Positions 27,730 through 36,830 of a stretch of DNA of 64,000 bases are shown one piece after another. The DNA lies in contig JAVZCK010000001.1 of NCBI GenBank assembly GCA_038874435.1, positions 154,255 through 218,254 on the forward strand, given 5' to 3'. The notes under the pieces were generated by a model. That model had not been told where the DNA came from and ran no database searches. It saw only the letters and a list, made by a program, of their open reading frames with translations. Position numbers and translations under genes: made by a program. Position 1 is the first letter of the stretch, and each line of letters begins with the position of its first letter. This stretch comes from Thermoplasmata archaeon (lineage in GTDB: Archaea > Thermoplasmatota > Thermoplasmata > Lutacidiplasmatales > SKW197).

Positions 27730-30700
27730 GTGGTAATGATGAAATTGGAGAGTAAAACTACGAAGAGTTTAGGGCTTAGAAATGGCAGAGACAACACCCG
27801 TGGTTTTACAAATGGGCTGACAAATGGTTTCACCAACGGGAATGGTTATAGGGCAGGAAGAAAATTGAAGAAAAGCAGAAGCCATGGCAAAGTTTTGGCT
27901 GTTTTTGTGCTTGCAATGCTTGTGGTTAGCGTTGTAGCGGTTCTCACATGGCAGAGCAGCAGTGCTGGTGCGATAAGGATAGATGGCAGTTTTGAGGACT
28001 GGCAGGGCGTTGAAAAGACGACGAAGAAAAGGGATTTTGGTGTGCCAGAGAACATAGACCTTGCTGAGTATGCAACTGCAGAAACGGGCAAGAATGTGGC
28101 ATTCTACGCAAAGGTGTATGGCAATTTGCTTGCTGGTGATGGTAGATATACAATTGAGGCACCCTCAGAGAACCCAGTGTATGTGGCAAATCAGAGGGAA
28201 ATGGCAATCCCAAATGCAAATGGCAGAGATGTAGCTTATGTGTTTGTTGACGCAGATAACAATCCTGCAACAGGTTTCAAACCATCGCAAAACTTCGCAG
28301 TGGGTGCGGAGAAATCGATAGAGATTGTGGGCAAGAATGGGAAGATAGAGGCAAGTAGGGTGCTGACATTTGCTGGTGTGGTGCAGCAGGAGTGGAATTG
28401 GCACATTGGAGAGAGTGTGGCTACAGCAACAAATGGCAAAGAAATGGAGACGATGGCAGGTAAGAATTTACTTGGTGTTGGTGAAAATTACGCAGTTTAC
28501 TTCTACATGATTGACTGGCAGAACATGGAATGCAAGCTGGAGAATGCGTTGCGGTGTGAAAATGCGAGGTTCACAATGTTTGGGCTGTATCTGTCTCCTC
28601 AAGCAGAAGTGCGGACCAGAGATGTGGGAATGGAAATAAGAGGCACACCACACGCAGTGATTCACATAAACGGGAATGCGGATTTTGCTACACAAGCAAC
28701 AAGTGAGGGCTGGCCTGGTGATGGAAGCCAGAGCAACCCATACATAATTGAAGGCTACGAGATAGACGCAAATGGCGGAAGTCATTGCATCTGGATAGAG
28801 AACACTAATGTATATTTTGTGATAAGAAACTGCAAGCTTTACAATGCGACAGATTCATCAGGTCTTTTCCCATATTCATCAGGAATTTGCCTAAGGGATG
28901 TACAATTTGGCAAACTAGAGGCTAACCATGTATATGGGACCTTCAGAGGGGTCTTTCTTGATTCTTCACACAATAACATCATAATCAATAACAATGCTTC
29001 CGGTAACACATATTATGGCATATATTTAACTTCCTCGACAAAGAATACTCTAACACTTAACAATGGCTCTTCCAATGGATATGAAGGCATTAGACTATCT
29101 TCATCGAGCAATGACAACCACCTTACAAACAACAATGTCTCTGGCAACTTCCAATATGGCATTCGTTTGATATCATCAAATAACAATAACATCACAAATA
29201 ATACCGTATCTACCAATGCCCAATACGGGATCAGGTTAGCATCTTCAAGTGACAACAAAATAACATACAATTGGATTTGCAACAATACAAACTATGGAGT
29301 CAACATCACGTCTGGTTCCACAGGCAACACAATCCACCACAACAATTTCATCGGTAACAACGGTGCAGGCAAAGGCGTTTCTGGCAATTGCCAGGCATAC
29401 GATGATTCTGGCGGCAACTTTTGGTATGACAGCGCAGCCCATGAGGGCAATTACTGGAGTAACTGGGACAGACGTAACTGGGGCACACCAAATGCCTATC
29501 CCATTGATGGAGGCGCTGGTGCGAGCGACTGGTATCCTATCAGGACGCATCTTCCAATACACATCAACGGTGACGCAGATTTCGCAAACCAGGCAGCAAA
29601 TGAGCACTGGCAGGGTAATGGAAGCCAGAGCAATCCCTACATTATTGAAGAATATGAGATAGACGGTGCGGGTGGACCATACTGTATATGGATAGAGAAC
29701 ACAACAGTTTATTTTACAATCAGAAATTGCACCGTGTTTAACGCTACATCTACCAGCAGTGCACCTCAGGGCACAGGAATTGCATTGAATAATGTTAAAA
29801 ATGGAACAGTGGAAAATAATATATGCTATAACTCAAGGTATGGCATTAACCTCTATGGAAATTCCCAGAACAACATAGTAACAAGCAACAATGTTAGTGG
29901 TAACCTCAACTATGGTATCCGTCTGTATTCGGCAAGCAATAATGAGATATCTAGTAATTATGGGTTTGGGGGTAGCCTTTGTACGGTCTATTTGTATACT
30001 TCCAGCAACAACAACATCACAAACAATGTTGCCAGTAGCAATACAAACTATGGCATCTACCTGTATGGCTCCGGCAACAACAACATAACCTATAACCACA
30101 TTTACGGCAATGCAAACTACGGACTTTATATTACATCTGCCTCCACTGCCAACAAAATCCATTACAATACATTTATTGGCAACAAGGGGGCAAGCAAGGG
30201 GATAAGTGATGGCAAATATCAGGCATACGATGGTGTTGGTGGGAATTTGTGGTATGACGACACCAAACAGAAAGGCAATTACTGGAGTAACTGGGACGGG
30301 AATGGCTGGGGCACCTCAGGTGCTTATTCCATTGACGGCATTGGTGGTGCAAGCGACTGGTATCCGCTTTCATTACTTCCGCTTTTACCTCTCCACATAA
30401 ACGGCAATTCCGAGTTTGTCGCGTTCGCCCAATTCTATGGATGGGCGGGTGATGGTAGTCAATCTAATCCATACATCATCGAGAATTACGAGATAGATGC
30501 GAATAACAGCAGATACTGCATTTGGATAGAAAACACGACAGTTTCCTTCTTGATCATAAATTGCGCTGTTTCCAATGCGACCGTTTCTGGCAGTGCACCA
30601 TATGGTGCAGGCATCGCCCTCAAAAATGTAACAAATGGAAGGATAGAAAACAACACATGTACTAATTCAAATTATGGAATTTACTTCTACAGTGGCTCAA

Positions 30701-31806
30701 ACAATAATGTCATAATTGGGAACAGGGCATTTGGCAGTACTAACGGCATTTACTTATATTTCTCAAGCAACAACACTATTGTAAACACAAATGCCTCTGG
30801 CAATTCATATTACGGCATCTATTTGTCTGCCTCTTCTAACAACACCATAACTAATAATTATGTTTCCGGCAACGATGACGCTGGCATTTACTTGGATTCT
30901 ACCTCAAGTTACAACAAAATAACTAGCAACATTCTCACAGGCAATACCATGGGCATAGGAGTATATTCGGGAAACTATAATACAATTTCAAACAACGATG
31001 TCTATGGCAACAATGGCTTCGGCATCTATTTGAGTGGTTCCACGGGAGATAATAACATTACAAATAACAGAGTTATCAATAACAGTTATTACGGGATAAT
31101 CCTAGAAGATGCACACAACAACAATATTCAGAACAATACAGTTGCTGGTAACCACATATATGGAATCTTCATGTATGGGTCAACCTTCAACAATATCTGT
31201 GATAACAATCTAAGTGGAAATTCAGGTCATGGCATCCATTTGTATTCTGGATCCAACTCTAATACAATTACAAACAACACAATCTCGGGTAATTCTTACA
31301 ATGGTGTTTGGCTGCTAGGAGCTGATGGAAACTACATATTCCTCAACAATATTTCAAACAACGGAGTATCTGGTATTTACTTGGGATACGCAAACAATAA
31401 CATTGTGACTTATAACTGGATTTGCAACAATGCAAATTATGGTGTGTACATTACTGATACTTCCACAGGCAACACAATCCATCACAACAACTTTATTGGA
31501 AATAGGCCACCAAGCAGGGAGATAAAACCAGGCACCAACTGTCAGGCATACGACGATGTAGGAGGCAACTTCTGGTGTGACAATACCGCGCAGGAGGGCA
31601 ACTACTGGAGTAACTGGGACGGCACGGGTACTGGAAGCGAACTTGCCTATCCAATAGATGGCGGTGCAGGCGCAAGCGACTGGTACCCACTTGGTGGACC
31701 TGTTAGTGAAAGTATCAGCATTCTCTTTGCGTTGCTAGTCAATGCAATGCTTGGCTTCGGAGTAATTTACCTACGAAAGAGAAAATTGGAAAACAAAAGT
31801 ATTTAA
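27730..31806 (+). CDS. Large (1358 aa) beta-helix surface protein, paralogous to the giant protein. Cytoplasmic 'TNGL' repeats, signal-anchor TM, 'IDGSFEDWQGV' domain, three beta-helix supermodules, C-terminal TM plus basic tail
   Basis: 'GFTNGLTNGFTNGNG' then TM 'VLAVFVLAMLVVSVVAVLTW'. Three N-cap ('SNPYIIE.YEIDA') and C-cap ('GNYWSNWDG') sets. C-terminus '...GPVSESISILFALLVNAMLGFGVIYLRKRK'. Confidence 0.8.
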   Translation: MVMMKLESKTTKSLGLRNGRDNTRGFTNGLTNGFTNGNGYRAGRKLKKSRSHGKVLAVFVLAMLVVSVVAVLTWQSSSAGAIRIDGSFEDWQGVEKTTKKRDFGVPENIDLAEYATAETGKNVAFYAKVYGNLLAGDGRYTIEAPSENPVYVANQREMAIPNANGRDVAYVFVDADNNPATGFKPSQNFAVGAEKSIEIVGKNGKIEASRVLTFAGVVQQEWNWHIGESVATATNGKEMETMAGKNLLGVGENYAVYFYMIDWQNMECKLENALRCENARFTMFGLYLSPQAEVRTRDVGMEIRGTPHAVIHINGNADFATQATSEGWPGDGSQSNPYIIEGYEIDANGGSHCIWIENTNVYFVIRNCKLYNATDSSGLFPYSSGICLRDVQFGKLEANHVYGTFRGVFLDSSHNNIIINNNASGNTYYGIYLTSSTKNTLTLNNGSSNGYEGIRLSSSSNDNHLTNNNVSGNFQYGIRLISSNNNNITNNTVSTNAQYGIRLASSSDNKITYNWICNNTNYGVNITSGSTGNTIHHNNFIGNNGAGKGVSGNCQAYDDSGGNFWYDSAAHEGNYWSNWDRRNWGTPNAYPIDGGAGASDWYPIRTHLPIHINGDADFANQAANEHWQGNGSQSNPYIIEEYEIDGAGGPYCIWIENTTVYFTIRNCTVFNATSTSSAPQGTGIALNNVKNGTVENNICYNSRYGINLYGNSQNNIVTSNNVSGNLNYGIRLYSASNNEISSNYGFGGSLCTVYLYTSSNNNITNNVASSNTNYGIYLYGSGNNNITYNHIYGNANYGLYITSASTANKIHYNTFIGNKGASKGISDGKYQAYDGVGGNLWYDDTKQKGNYWSNWDGNGWGTSGAYSIDGIGGASDWYPLSLLPLLPLHINGNSEFVAFAQFYGWAGDGSQSNPYIIENYEIDANNSRYCIWIENTTVSFLIINCAVSNATVSGSAPYGAGIALKNVTNGRIENNTCTNSNYGIYFYSGSNNNVIIGNRAFGSTNGIYLYFSSNNTIVNTNASGNSYYGIYLSASSNNTITNNYVSGNDDAGIYLDSTSSYNKITSNILTGNTMGIGVYSGNYNTISNNDVYGNNGFGIYLSGSTGDNNITNNRVINNSYYGIILEDAHNNNIQNNTVAGNHIYGIFMYGSTFNNICDNNLSGNSGHGIHLYSGSNSNTITNNTISGNSYNGVWLLGADGNYIFLNNISNNGVSGIYLGYANNNIVTYNWICNNANYGVYITDTSTGNTIHHNNFIGNRPPSREIKPGTNCQAYDDVGGNFWCDNTAQEGNYWSNWDGTGTGSELAYPIDGGAGASDWYPLGGPVSESISILFALLVNAMLGFGVIYLRKRKLENKSI

Positions 31807-31827
31807 TCCGAGAAAATAATTCAGTGC

Positions 31828-32265
31828 ATGATGGAGACACGCACACAGTTCATTGTACTGATAGTCCTACTGGTGGTTATCACTTGCGGGTTTGGGGGTT
31901 ACTTCCTTTACAAGGACTGGAGTACACCGAAAGAGGTGACCAAGCACTACAATGTGAGCAATGCAACACTCAATCCAAACTCTGATATAGTGCTTGAGTT
32001 TTATTCGAAAGCAGGTGGAAACATCACTGGAACCATAAATGCAAGTAAGGAAGTGGAGGCATTCATATTAGACACTTTTAACTATCTGGAATACAGAAAA
32101 AACAGGAATCTTTCAGCCATCGCTCTAGTGTTTCTCACAAATGGCACGAGGATAAACATAACATGGGATGTTCCCTCAGAAAATTTCTGGTATCTTCTCA
32201 TTTACAACAACAAAACTGAAAATGTGGTAGTTGAATATGATGTCTGGTGTAGATTTCTCAGTTAA
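31828..32265 (+). CDS. Small membrane-anchored hypothetical protein with a sequon-rich ectodomain
   Basis: 145 aa with N-terminal TM 'FIVLIVLLVVITCGFGGYFLY'. Lies 21 nt downstream of the 1358-aa gene and is probably co-transcribed. Confidence 0.4.
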   Translation: MMETRTQFIVLIVLLVVITCGFGGYFLYKDWSTPKEVTKHYNVSNATLNPNSDIVLEFYSKAGGNITGTINASKEVEAFILDTFNYLEYRKNRNLSAIALVFLTNGTRINITWDVPSENFWYLLIYNNKTENVVVEYDVWCRFLS

Positions 32266-33109
32266 GAAGGAAGAGATAAATTCCAATTCGGAGCGGATTC
32301 CAACCGCAGTTGCTGACTTTGATGCAATAATTGGAGGAGGAGTACCTAGGGGCAGCTTGGTCATTCTCAAGAGCGAAATGGGTGCTGGGCATATTGAGTT
32401 TGTTATAACCTCCATGGCAAAACTCATTCTTGCTAAAGAAGACAGGGAGTATTCTGATTTTTTTCTGAAAAAATCTAAAGGTTTCCTCCCTGAAAAATTT
32501 TTGTTTATAACAATTTCAAGGGCAAAGGAGGACATACTGAGAGAAGTCAAGGGCTCGTTTCCTCAGGATTATTATGAGGCAATTTCTAAATCTGTGATTT
32601 TCAAGGATTTTTCTGCTGAGTATTTCAGAGCCACGGTAGTGCCTCCCGCCTGGGCAGGCGAGGAAACAAGTATATTCAGGAAGGACAAGAGTTCAGGGAA
32701 CATCCTAGGCGAATTAATAGAATTTCTGGATGCTAATGCCTCGCAATCCCTGGTGGTTTTAGATGCGTTAACGGACCTAGTGATTACCAAGAAAATTGAG
32801 TTTTACGACCTTGTGACGCTGCTGAAAGGCCTCCAGAGAGTTGCAAAAAAGTGGCAGGGTGTGATTTACCTTTTGCTCACTGCCAACATTCTTGAGCCAC
32901 AGAAAGAGCTGCTTTTGATGGACAGTGTGGATGGTATAATTACATTTGAATGGAGCAAGAGCACCAAAACATCAAGGAGGCAGCGTTTCATGTATGTGGA
33001 AAAATTCATGCCATTGTTGCTTCATCTGGATAACGAGAGAATCACTAAATTTGCAATTGAGATTAATTCCCAGGAAGGACTGGTGGTATCAAGCTATGTG
33101 AGGGTGTGA
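32231..33109 (+). CDS. KaiC/RecA-like protein with Walker A replaced (pseudo-ATPase)
   Basis: 'DFDAIIGGGVPRGSLVILKSEMGAGHIEFV': the P-loop GxxGxGKT is absent. Start may be a few codons downstream. Confidence 0.55.
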   Translation: MNMMSGVDFSVKKEEINSNSERIPTAVADFDAIIGGGVPRGSLVILKSEMGAGHIEFVITSMAKLILAKEDREYSDFFLKKSKGFLPEKFLFITISRAKEDILREVKGSFPQDYYEAISKSVIFKDFSAEYFRATVVPPAWAGEETSIFRKDKSSGNILGELIEFLDANASQSLVVLDALTDLVITKKIEFYDLVTLLKGLQRVAKKWQGVIYLLLTANILEPQKELLLMDSVDGIITFEWSKSTKTSRRQRFMYVEKFMPLLLHLDNERITKFAIEINSQEGLVVSSYVRV

Positions 33110-33810
33110 ACATGGAAAGAGTTGAAACAGGTATAGCTGGACTTGATGAAATGTTGAATGGTGGAATTCCCAAAGGGCACATTGTGAGTGTACTAGGTGC
33201 GTTCGGAACAGGCAAAACCTGTTTTGCAACCCAGTTTATCAACCATGGTCTCCAGAAGGGTGAAAAAGCACTTTTCATCACGCTTGAGGAAGAAGAAGAA
33301 TCTATAATTGAAAATGCTCTCTCATTCGGTTTTGACCTTCGCCCTTACACACAAAATGGAAATCTCGCTATTTATAAGCTCTCTCCCTCAGATGCTAAAA
33401 ATTCAATTGAAAAGATAAAGACCGAACTACCGAAGGCTATAGAAAGTTCAAATGTCCAGAGATTGGTGATAGACTCAATCTCATTGCTTACTATGATGTT
33501 TGAAAACGAAGGTGAAAAACGAGAAACCTTGTTTGCTCTGTGCCAGAAGATAAAAACTGCAGGTGCCACAGCAATCTTCACAGCGGAAGCAAAGCCAGAA
33601 AATTCAAATGTTTCAAGAGATGGAATTGTGGAATATGTTTCAGATGGAGTGATTGTGCTTTATTATCTGGAAGACCCACAGCATGCCGGAGAGATAAAGA
33701 CCTTCCTAAAAGTGCTGAAAATGCGAAGAACTGCGCACTCAAGAAAGATTAAACCATACGAGCTGGGTAAGAATGGCATTACTGTGCTTGCAAAGGCAGA
33801 AGTGATATAA
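33106..33810 (+). CDS. KaiC-like RecA-superfamily ATPase (intact Walker A)
   Basis: 'GLDEMLNGGIPKGHIVSVLGAFGTGKTCFATQF' and 'ALFITLEE'. 234 aa. Start overlaps the upstream stop. Confidence 0.7.
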   Translation: MNMERVETGIAGLDEMLNGGIPKGHIVSVLGAFGTGKTCFATQFINHGLQKGEKALFITLEEEEESIIENALSFGFDLRPYTQNGNLAIYKLSPSDAKNSIEKIKTELPKAIESSNVQRLVIDSISLLTMMFENEGEKRETLFALCQKIKTAGATAIFTAEAKPENSNVSRDGIVEYVSDGVIVLYYLEDPQHAGEIKTFLKVLKMRRTAHSRKIKPYELGKNGITVLAKAEVI

Positions 33811-33820
33811 GAATTAGGTA

Positions 33821-34543
33821 TTACTTTATCACAATCTCAAATTTATTATCCCTGCCTATGATGAGTGGGAAATACTTTCTCTCGTGTTTGGTTTCTCTCA
33901 TCTTTATTACGCTCACATAGAGGTTTACATTCATGTCGCTCCTTCTCAAGTCCAGATGAATTATGCCATCAGCGAGAAAATCCTCAATTCCATAAAGTCC
34001 AAATTTCATTCTATCTGGTTCCATTTCTGAAATCAGGAATGCGGTCATGTTCAGGTCTCTCATCAATTCAAAGAAGTGGAAGAGGTCATCTCTTGGATTC
34101 TTCATGTTTGCAATGGCATAGAGTGCATTCAAGGAATCTAGAGCCACGACATTAAACCCCATCAAATCATGGAAATTCTTTATCTGGGCTTCAAGTGACT
34201 TTATCCAATCCATTTCGCCAAGCCCTGCATCTGCAATTTCTTTTCTGAGATACCCAAGATCGATAATTGTAAGGTTTTCCTCGACTTCCTTTATATTTCT
34301 GCCAATCTTCTGCATTCTTCGTTCAATCAGTGGTCTTTTCTCTTCAAGTGTTATATAAAGGCATTTGCCCTTGTTCTCTCTTGCCATGTGCCAGAGGATA
34401 TTAAATACAAAGGAAGATTTCATGCTCCCTGCACAGCCACAGATGAGCACTACATGTCCTTTCGGAATTCCCCCTTCTAGGCGTTCATCCAATCCCTGAA
34501 CATAAGTTCTGATTCTTTCCATTCCATCCATAGTTATCACCAT
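33821..34543 (-). CDS. KaiC-like RecA-superfamily protein (variant P-loop GCAGSMKSS)
   Basis: 'GLDERLEGGIPKGHVVLICGCAGSMKSSFV' and 'LYITLEE'. 240 aa. Confidence 0.65.
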   Translation of the reverse strand: MVITMDGMERIRTYVQGLDERLEGGIPKGHVVLICGCAGSMKSSFVFNILWHMARENKGKCLYITLEEKRPLIERRMQKIGRNIKEVEENLTIIDLGYLRKEIADAGLGEMDWIKSLEAQIKNFHDLMGFNVVALDSLNALYAIANMKNPRDDLFHFFELMRDLNMTAFLISEMEPDRMKFGLYGIEDFLADGIIHLDLRRSDMNVNLYVSVIKMRETKHERKYFPLIIGRDNKFEIVIK

Positions 34544-34807
34544 TTATCTTGTTTTTTTCCCTGCTTCAATTATCTGCAACATACCTTTGTACATCTGTTC
34601 CGCAAGTAATTGTCCAGCCATTTGCTCACAGAGCACCTTGAGAGCACCAGCAATTTTCAGATAGTCATCAATGGACATCTGATTAGAGGGTACCGTTATT
34701 CCGAGTTTCTTTTTCTGGAGTTCGATTGTAGGCCCCACCATTGTGCCGAACATCTTTACAAGGTAGGCCTCCAGTTCATGTTGTATTGCACCGTTGCTCA
34801 TGTGCAC
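34544..34807 (-). CDS. Small hypothetical protein, first gene of the minus-strand KaiC-like pair
   Basis: 87 aa. Abuts the KaiC-like gene with no gap. No recognisable motif. Confidence 0.35.
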   Translation of the reverse strand: MHMSNGAIQHELEAYLVKMFGTMVGPTIELQKKKLGITVPSNQMSIDDYLKIAGALKVLCEQMAGQLLAEQMYKGMLQIIEAGKKTR

Positions 34808-34910
34808 AGTTAAGCAAACATTAGATATAAAACTTATGTTTGTTGGCAGGTAGGAGAATACGGAAGGATTAAATCGATGAGATAGGATGCCGTAGGTCCG
34901 TTACCGCGAA

Positions 34911-34920
34911 CCTTTAAATA
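34911..34920 (+). promoter_or_regulatory. TATA-like element (ctttaaatat) upstream of rps15
   Basis: ~40 nt upstream of the ATG at 34961. GGAGG RBS at 34948-34952. Confidence 0.4.
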
Positions 34921-34960
34921 TATCTCCCAATATAGAGTTTAATACGCGGAGGAAATGACA

Positions 34961-35395
34961 ATGTCCAGAATACATTCAAGCAAAAAAGGCAAGCATTCAT
35001 CTAAACGTCCGTTGGTGAAAGAGAATCCGGAATGGGTCCCTCTAAGTAAGGAAGAGGTTGAACAGAAGGTAGTAGAACTGGCAAAAAATGGTGTAAGTAT
35101 GCCTTTGATAGGAATGGTATTAAGGGATCAGTATGGCGTCCCAAGTGTAAAACTTGCTACTGGCAAAACCGTTTCTCAGATTTTGAGAGAACATAATGTG
35201 TTCCCGAATATTCCTCCAGATCTTTCCTCTCTTATAGAAAAGGCAAACAATTTGAAGGTGCATCTTAAGAAGCACCCGAAGGACTACTCGAACAAGCGAG
35301 GTTTGACGCTGGTAGAGTCAAAGATAAGGCGTCTAGTGAAGTACTACATTAGGCAGGGAGTAATGCCTTCCAGTTGGTCATACTCCTCCGAATAA
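34961..35395 (+). CDS. rps15: 30S ribosomal protein S15 (uS15; S13e family)
   Basis: The 'SRIHSSKKGKHSSKRP...KLATGKTVSQILRE...GLTLVESKIRRLVKYY' pattern is typical. The ATG at 34961 has better RBS spacing than the one at 34955. Confidence 0.85.
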   Translation: MSRIHSSKKGKHSSKRPLVKENPEWVPLSKEEVEQKVVELAKNGVSMPLIGMVLRDQYGVPSVKLATGKTVSQILREHNVFPNIPPDLSSLIEKANNLKVHLKKHPKDYSNKRGLTLVESKIRRLVKYYIRQGVMPSSWSYSSE

Positions 35396-35396
35396 T

Positions 35397-36830
35397 ATGA
35401 AATCTTTTATTCCCTCCAACCTTTATGAGGCCTACAAATTAGCTACAAATCTATTAAGTAACTATCATGGTATTGTGAGAGTATATTCTCACTATGATGC
35501 AGACGGGATTGCATCTGCAGGAATCCTTGCAAAAACTCTCTACAGATTTGGAAAAAATTTTCAGGTCACCTGCAGAAAAAATCTAGACACGGAGTTTTTT
35601 GCGACCCTCCAGAAGGAAAAGAATAAACTTTTGATTGTTGCCGACATGGGTACAAATCAGGCGTTTCAGATAAAAGAACATGTGAATTATCTAATAATTT
35701 TAGACCATCATGAACCGTCTAAAGAAATTAAGGAATGGCATAGGTCACAGTCTGCAGAACCCGAGCGAGAGAAGGGAAAATTGTTAATTGATGAGAAGAG
35801 AAGTTTAGAAGCGAGGAATATTGTGCTATTGAATTCTCATTTGTATGGAATAGATGGAACGAAGGAAGCGTGCGCCTCTACAATGTGCTTCCTCTTCTCT
35901 ATATTTTGTAATCCTGGGAACTGGGACCTTCTACCTTTTGCAGTCGCGGGTTGTGAAGGTGACCGACAGAATAGCGGGGGTAAATTTTATGGCTTAAATC
36001 AGGTGATTGTTGAGAATGGAATTGCAAATGGAATAATTGATAAAAGGAAAACATTCTCATTTGATGGTGAGACAGTTTATGAAGCCCTTTCCACGACCAA
36101 TGACCCATTCTTCAAAATGTTTGTAGAGGACCCAAAGAAGATAGATACGGTGTTGGGATTGCTAGCCATACCCCCAAGCACAAAAATTAAGGAACTAACA
36201 CCAGAGCAAATCAAGAAGCTCAATTCCTATCTCACACTTTATTTTCTGAAGGAGAATGTGGATTTGACTGCTGTACTTACTTTGTGTCAGGACGATTATT
36301 TCATGAAAAATAATGTAAGAGCTAAAACACTTGCAAACTATCTAAATGCTTGTGGACGAACTGGAAAACAGGAGCTTGCTATCGGCCTGTTTTTCGAATT
36401 TGATAGGTATGCTGAATCCTGTGCTGCTGTCCGAAATGCGTACAGAGAGAAAGTACGAAAATATCTGTTGACGCTGTTAAAGGAAGGAACACAGAAAGGT
36501 GAGGCAATCCAGTACACATGGGTTGAGGAAGGAGAGTTTGCAGGTGCAATTGGTGGTCTTGCACTCACATTTTTCTTGGAGAAAACAAAGCCAGTTTTTG
36601 TATTATCTAGAAAGGGCAAAGTAGTTTCAATCTCTGCTAGAGCTCTAGACTCTATGGTAAAAGCGGGTCTTAATCTTGCCGAGTGCTGCAGAGTTGCTGC
36701 TGAAAAATGTGGGGGCAGAGGCGGAGGACACAATATTGCTGCAGGTGCAGAAGTGCCAGAGGGAAAGGAAGAAGAGTTTCTTAAACTGGCCGATGAAATC
36801 GTGAAGGAACAGTTGGGTAGTGTCTCCTAA
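35397..36830 (+). CDS. RecJ-like DHH-family phosphoesterase (archaeal RecJ/GAN-type)
   Basis: DHH motifs 'HYDADGIAS' and 'LIILDHHEP'. DHHA1 'GGGHNIAAGA'. 477 aa. Adjacent to rps15. Confidence 0.75.
   Translation: MKSFIPSNLYEAYKLATNLLSNYHGIVRVYSHYDADGIASAGILAKTLYRFGKNFQVTCRKNLDTEFFATLQKEKNKLLIVADMGTNQAFQIKEHVNYLIILDHHEPSKEIKEWHRSQSAEPEREKGKLLIDEKRSLEARNIVLLNSHLYGIDGTKEACASTMCFLFSIFCNPGNWDLLPFAVAGCEGDRQNSGGKFYGLNQVIVENGIANGIIDKRKTFSFDGETVYEALSTTNDPFFKMFVEDPKKIDTVLGLLAIPPSTKIKELTPEQIKKLNSYLTLYFLKENVDLTAVLTLCQDDYFMKNNVRAKTLANYLNACGRTGKQELAIGLFFEFDRYAESCAAVRNAYREKVRKYLLTLLKEGTQKGEAIQYTWVEEGEFAGAIGGLALTFFLEKTKPVFVLSRKGKVVSISARALDSMVKAGLNLAECCRVAAEKCGGRGGGHNIAAGAEVPEGKEEEFLKLADEIVKEQLGSVS

Noticed and set aside
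16292-31806. Tested whether the Asn-rich, highly repetitive 15-kb region is a CRISPR array, satellite or non-coding repeat.
   Set aside because: The region is spanned by two long uninterrupted ORFs with coherent protein-level repeat structure (capped beta-helix rungs) and no spacer-repeat periodicity. The repeats are coding rungs, not CRISPR.
31828-34807. KaiABC circadian clock locus.
   Set aside because: Only single-domain KaiC-like RecA-superfamily proteins are present, two with a lost or degenerate P-loop. There is no kaiA or kaiB, and the domain architecture differs from double-domain KaiC.
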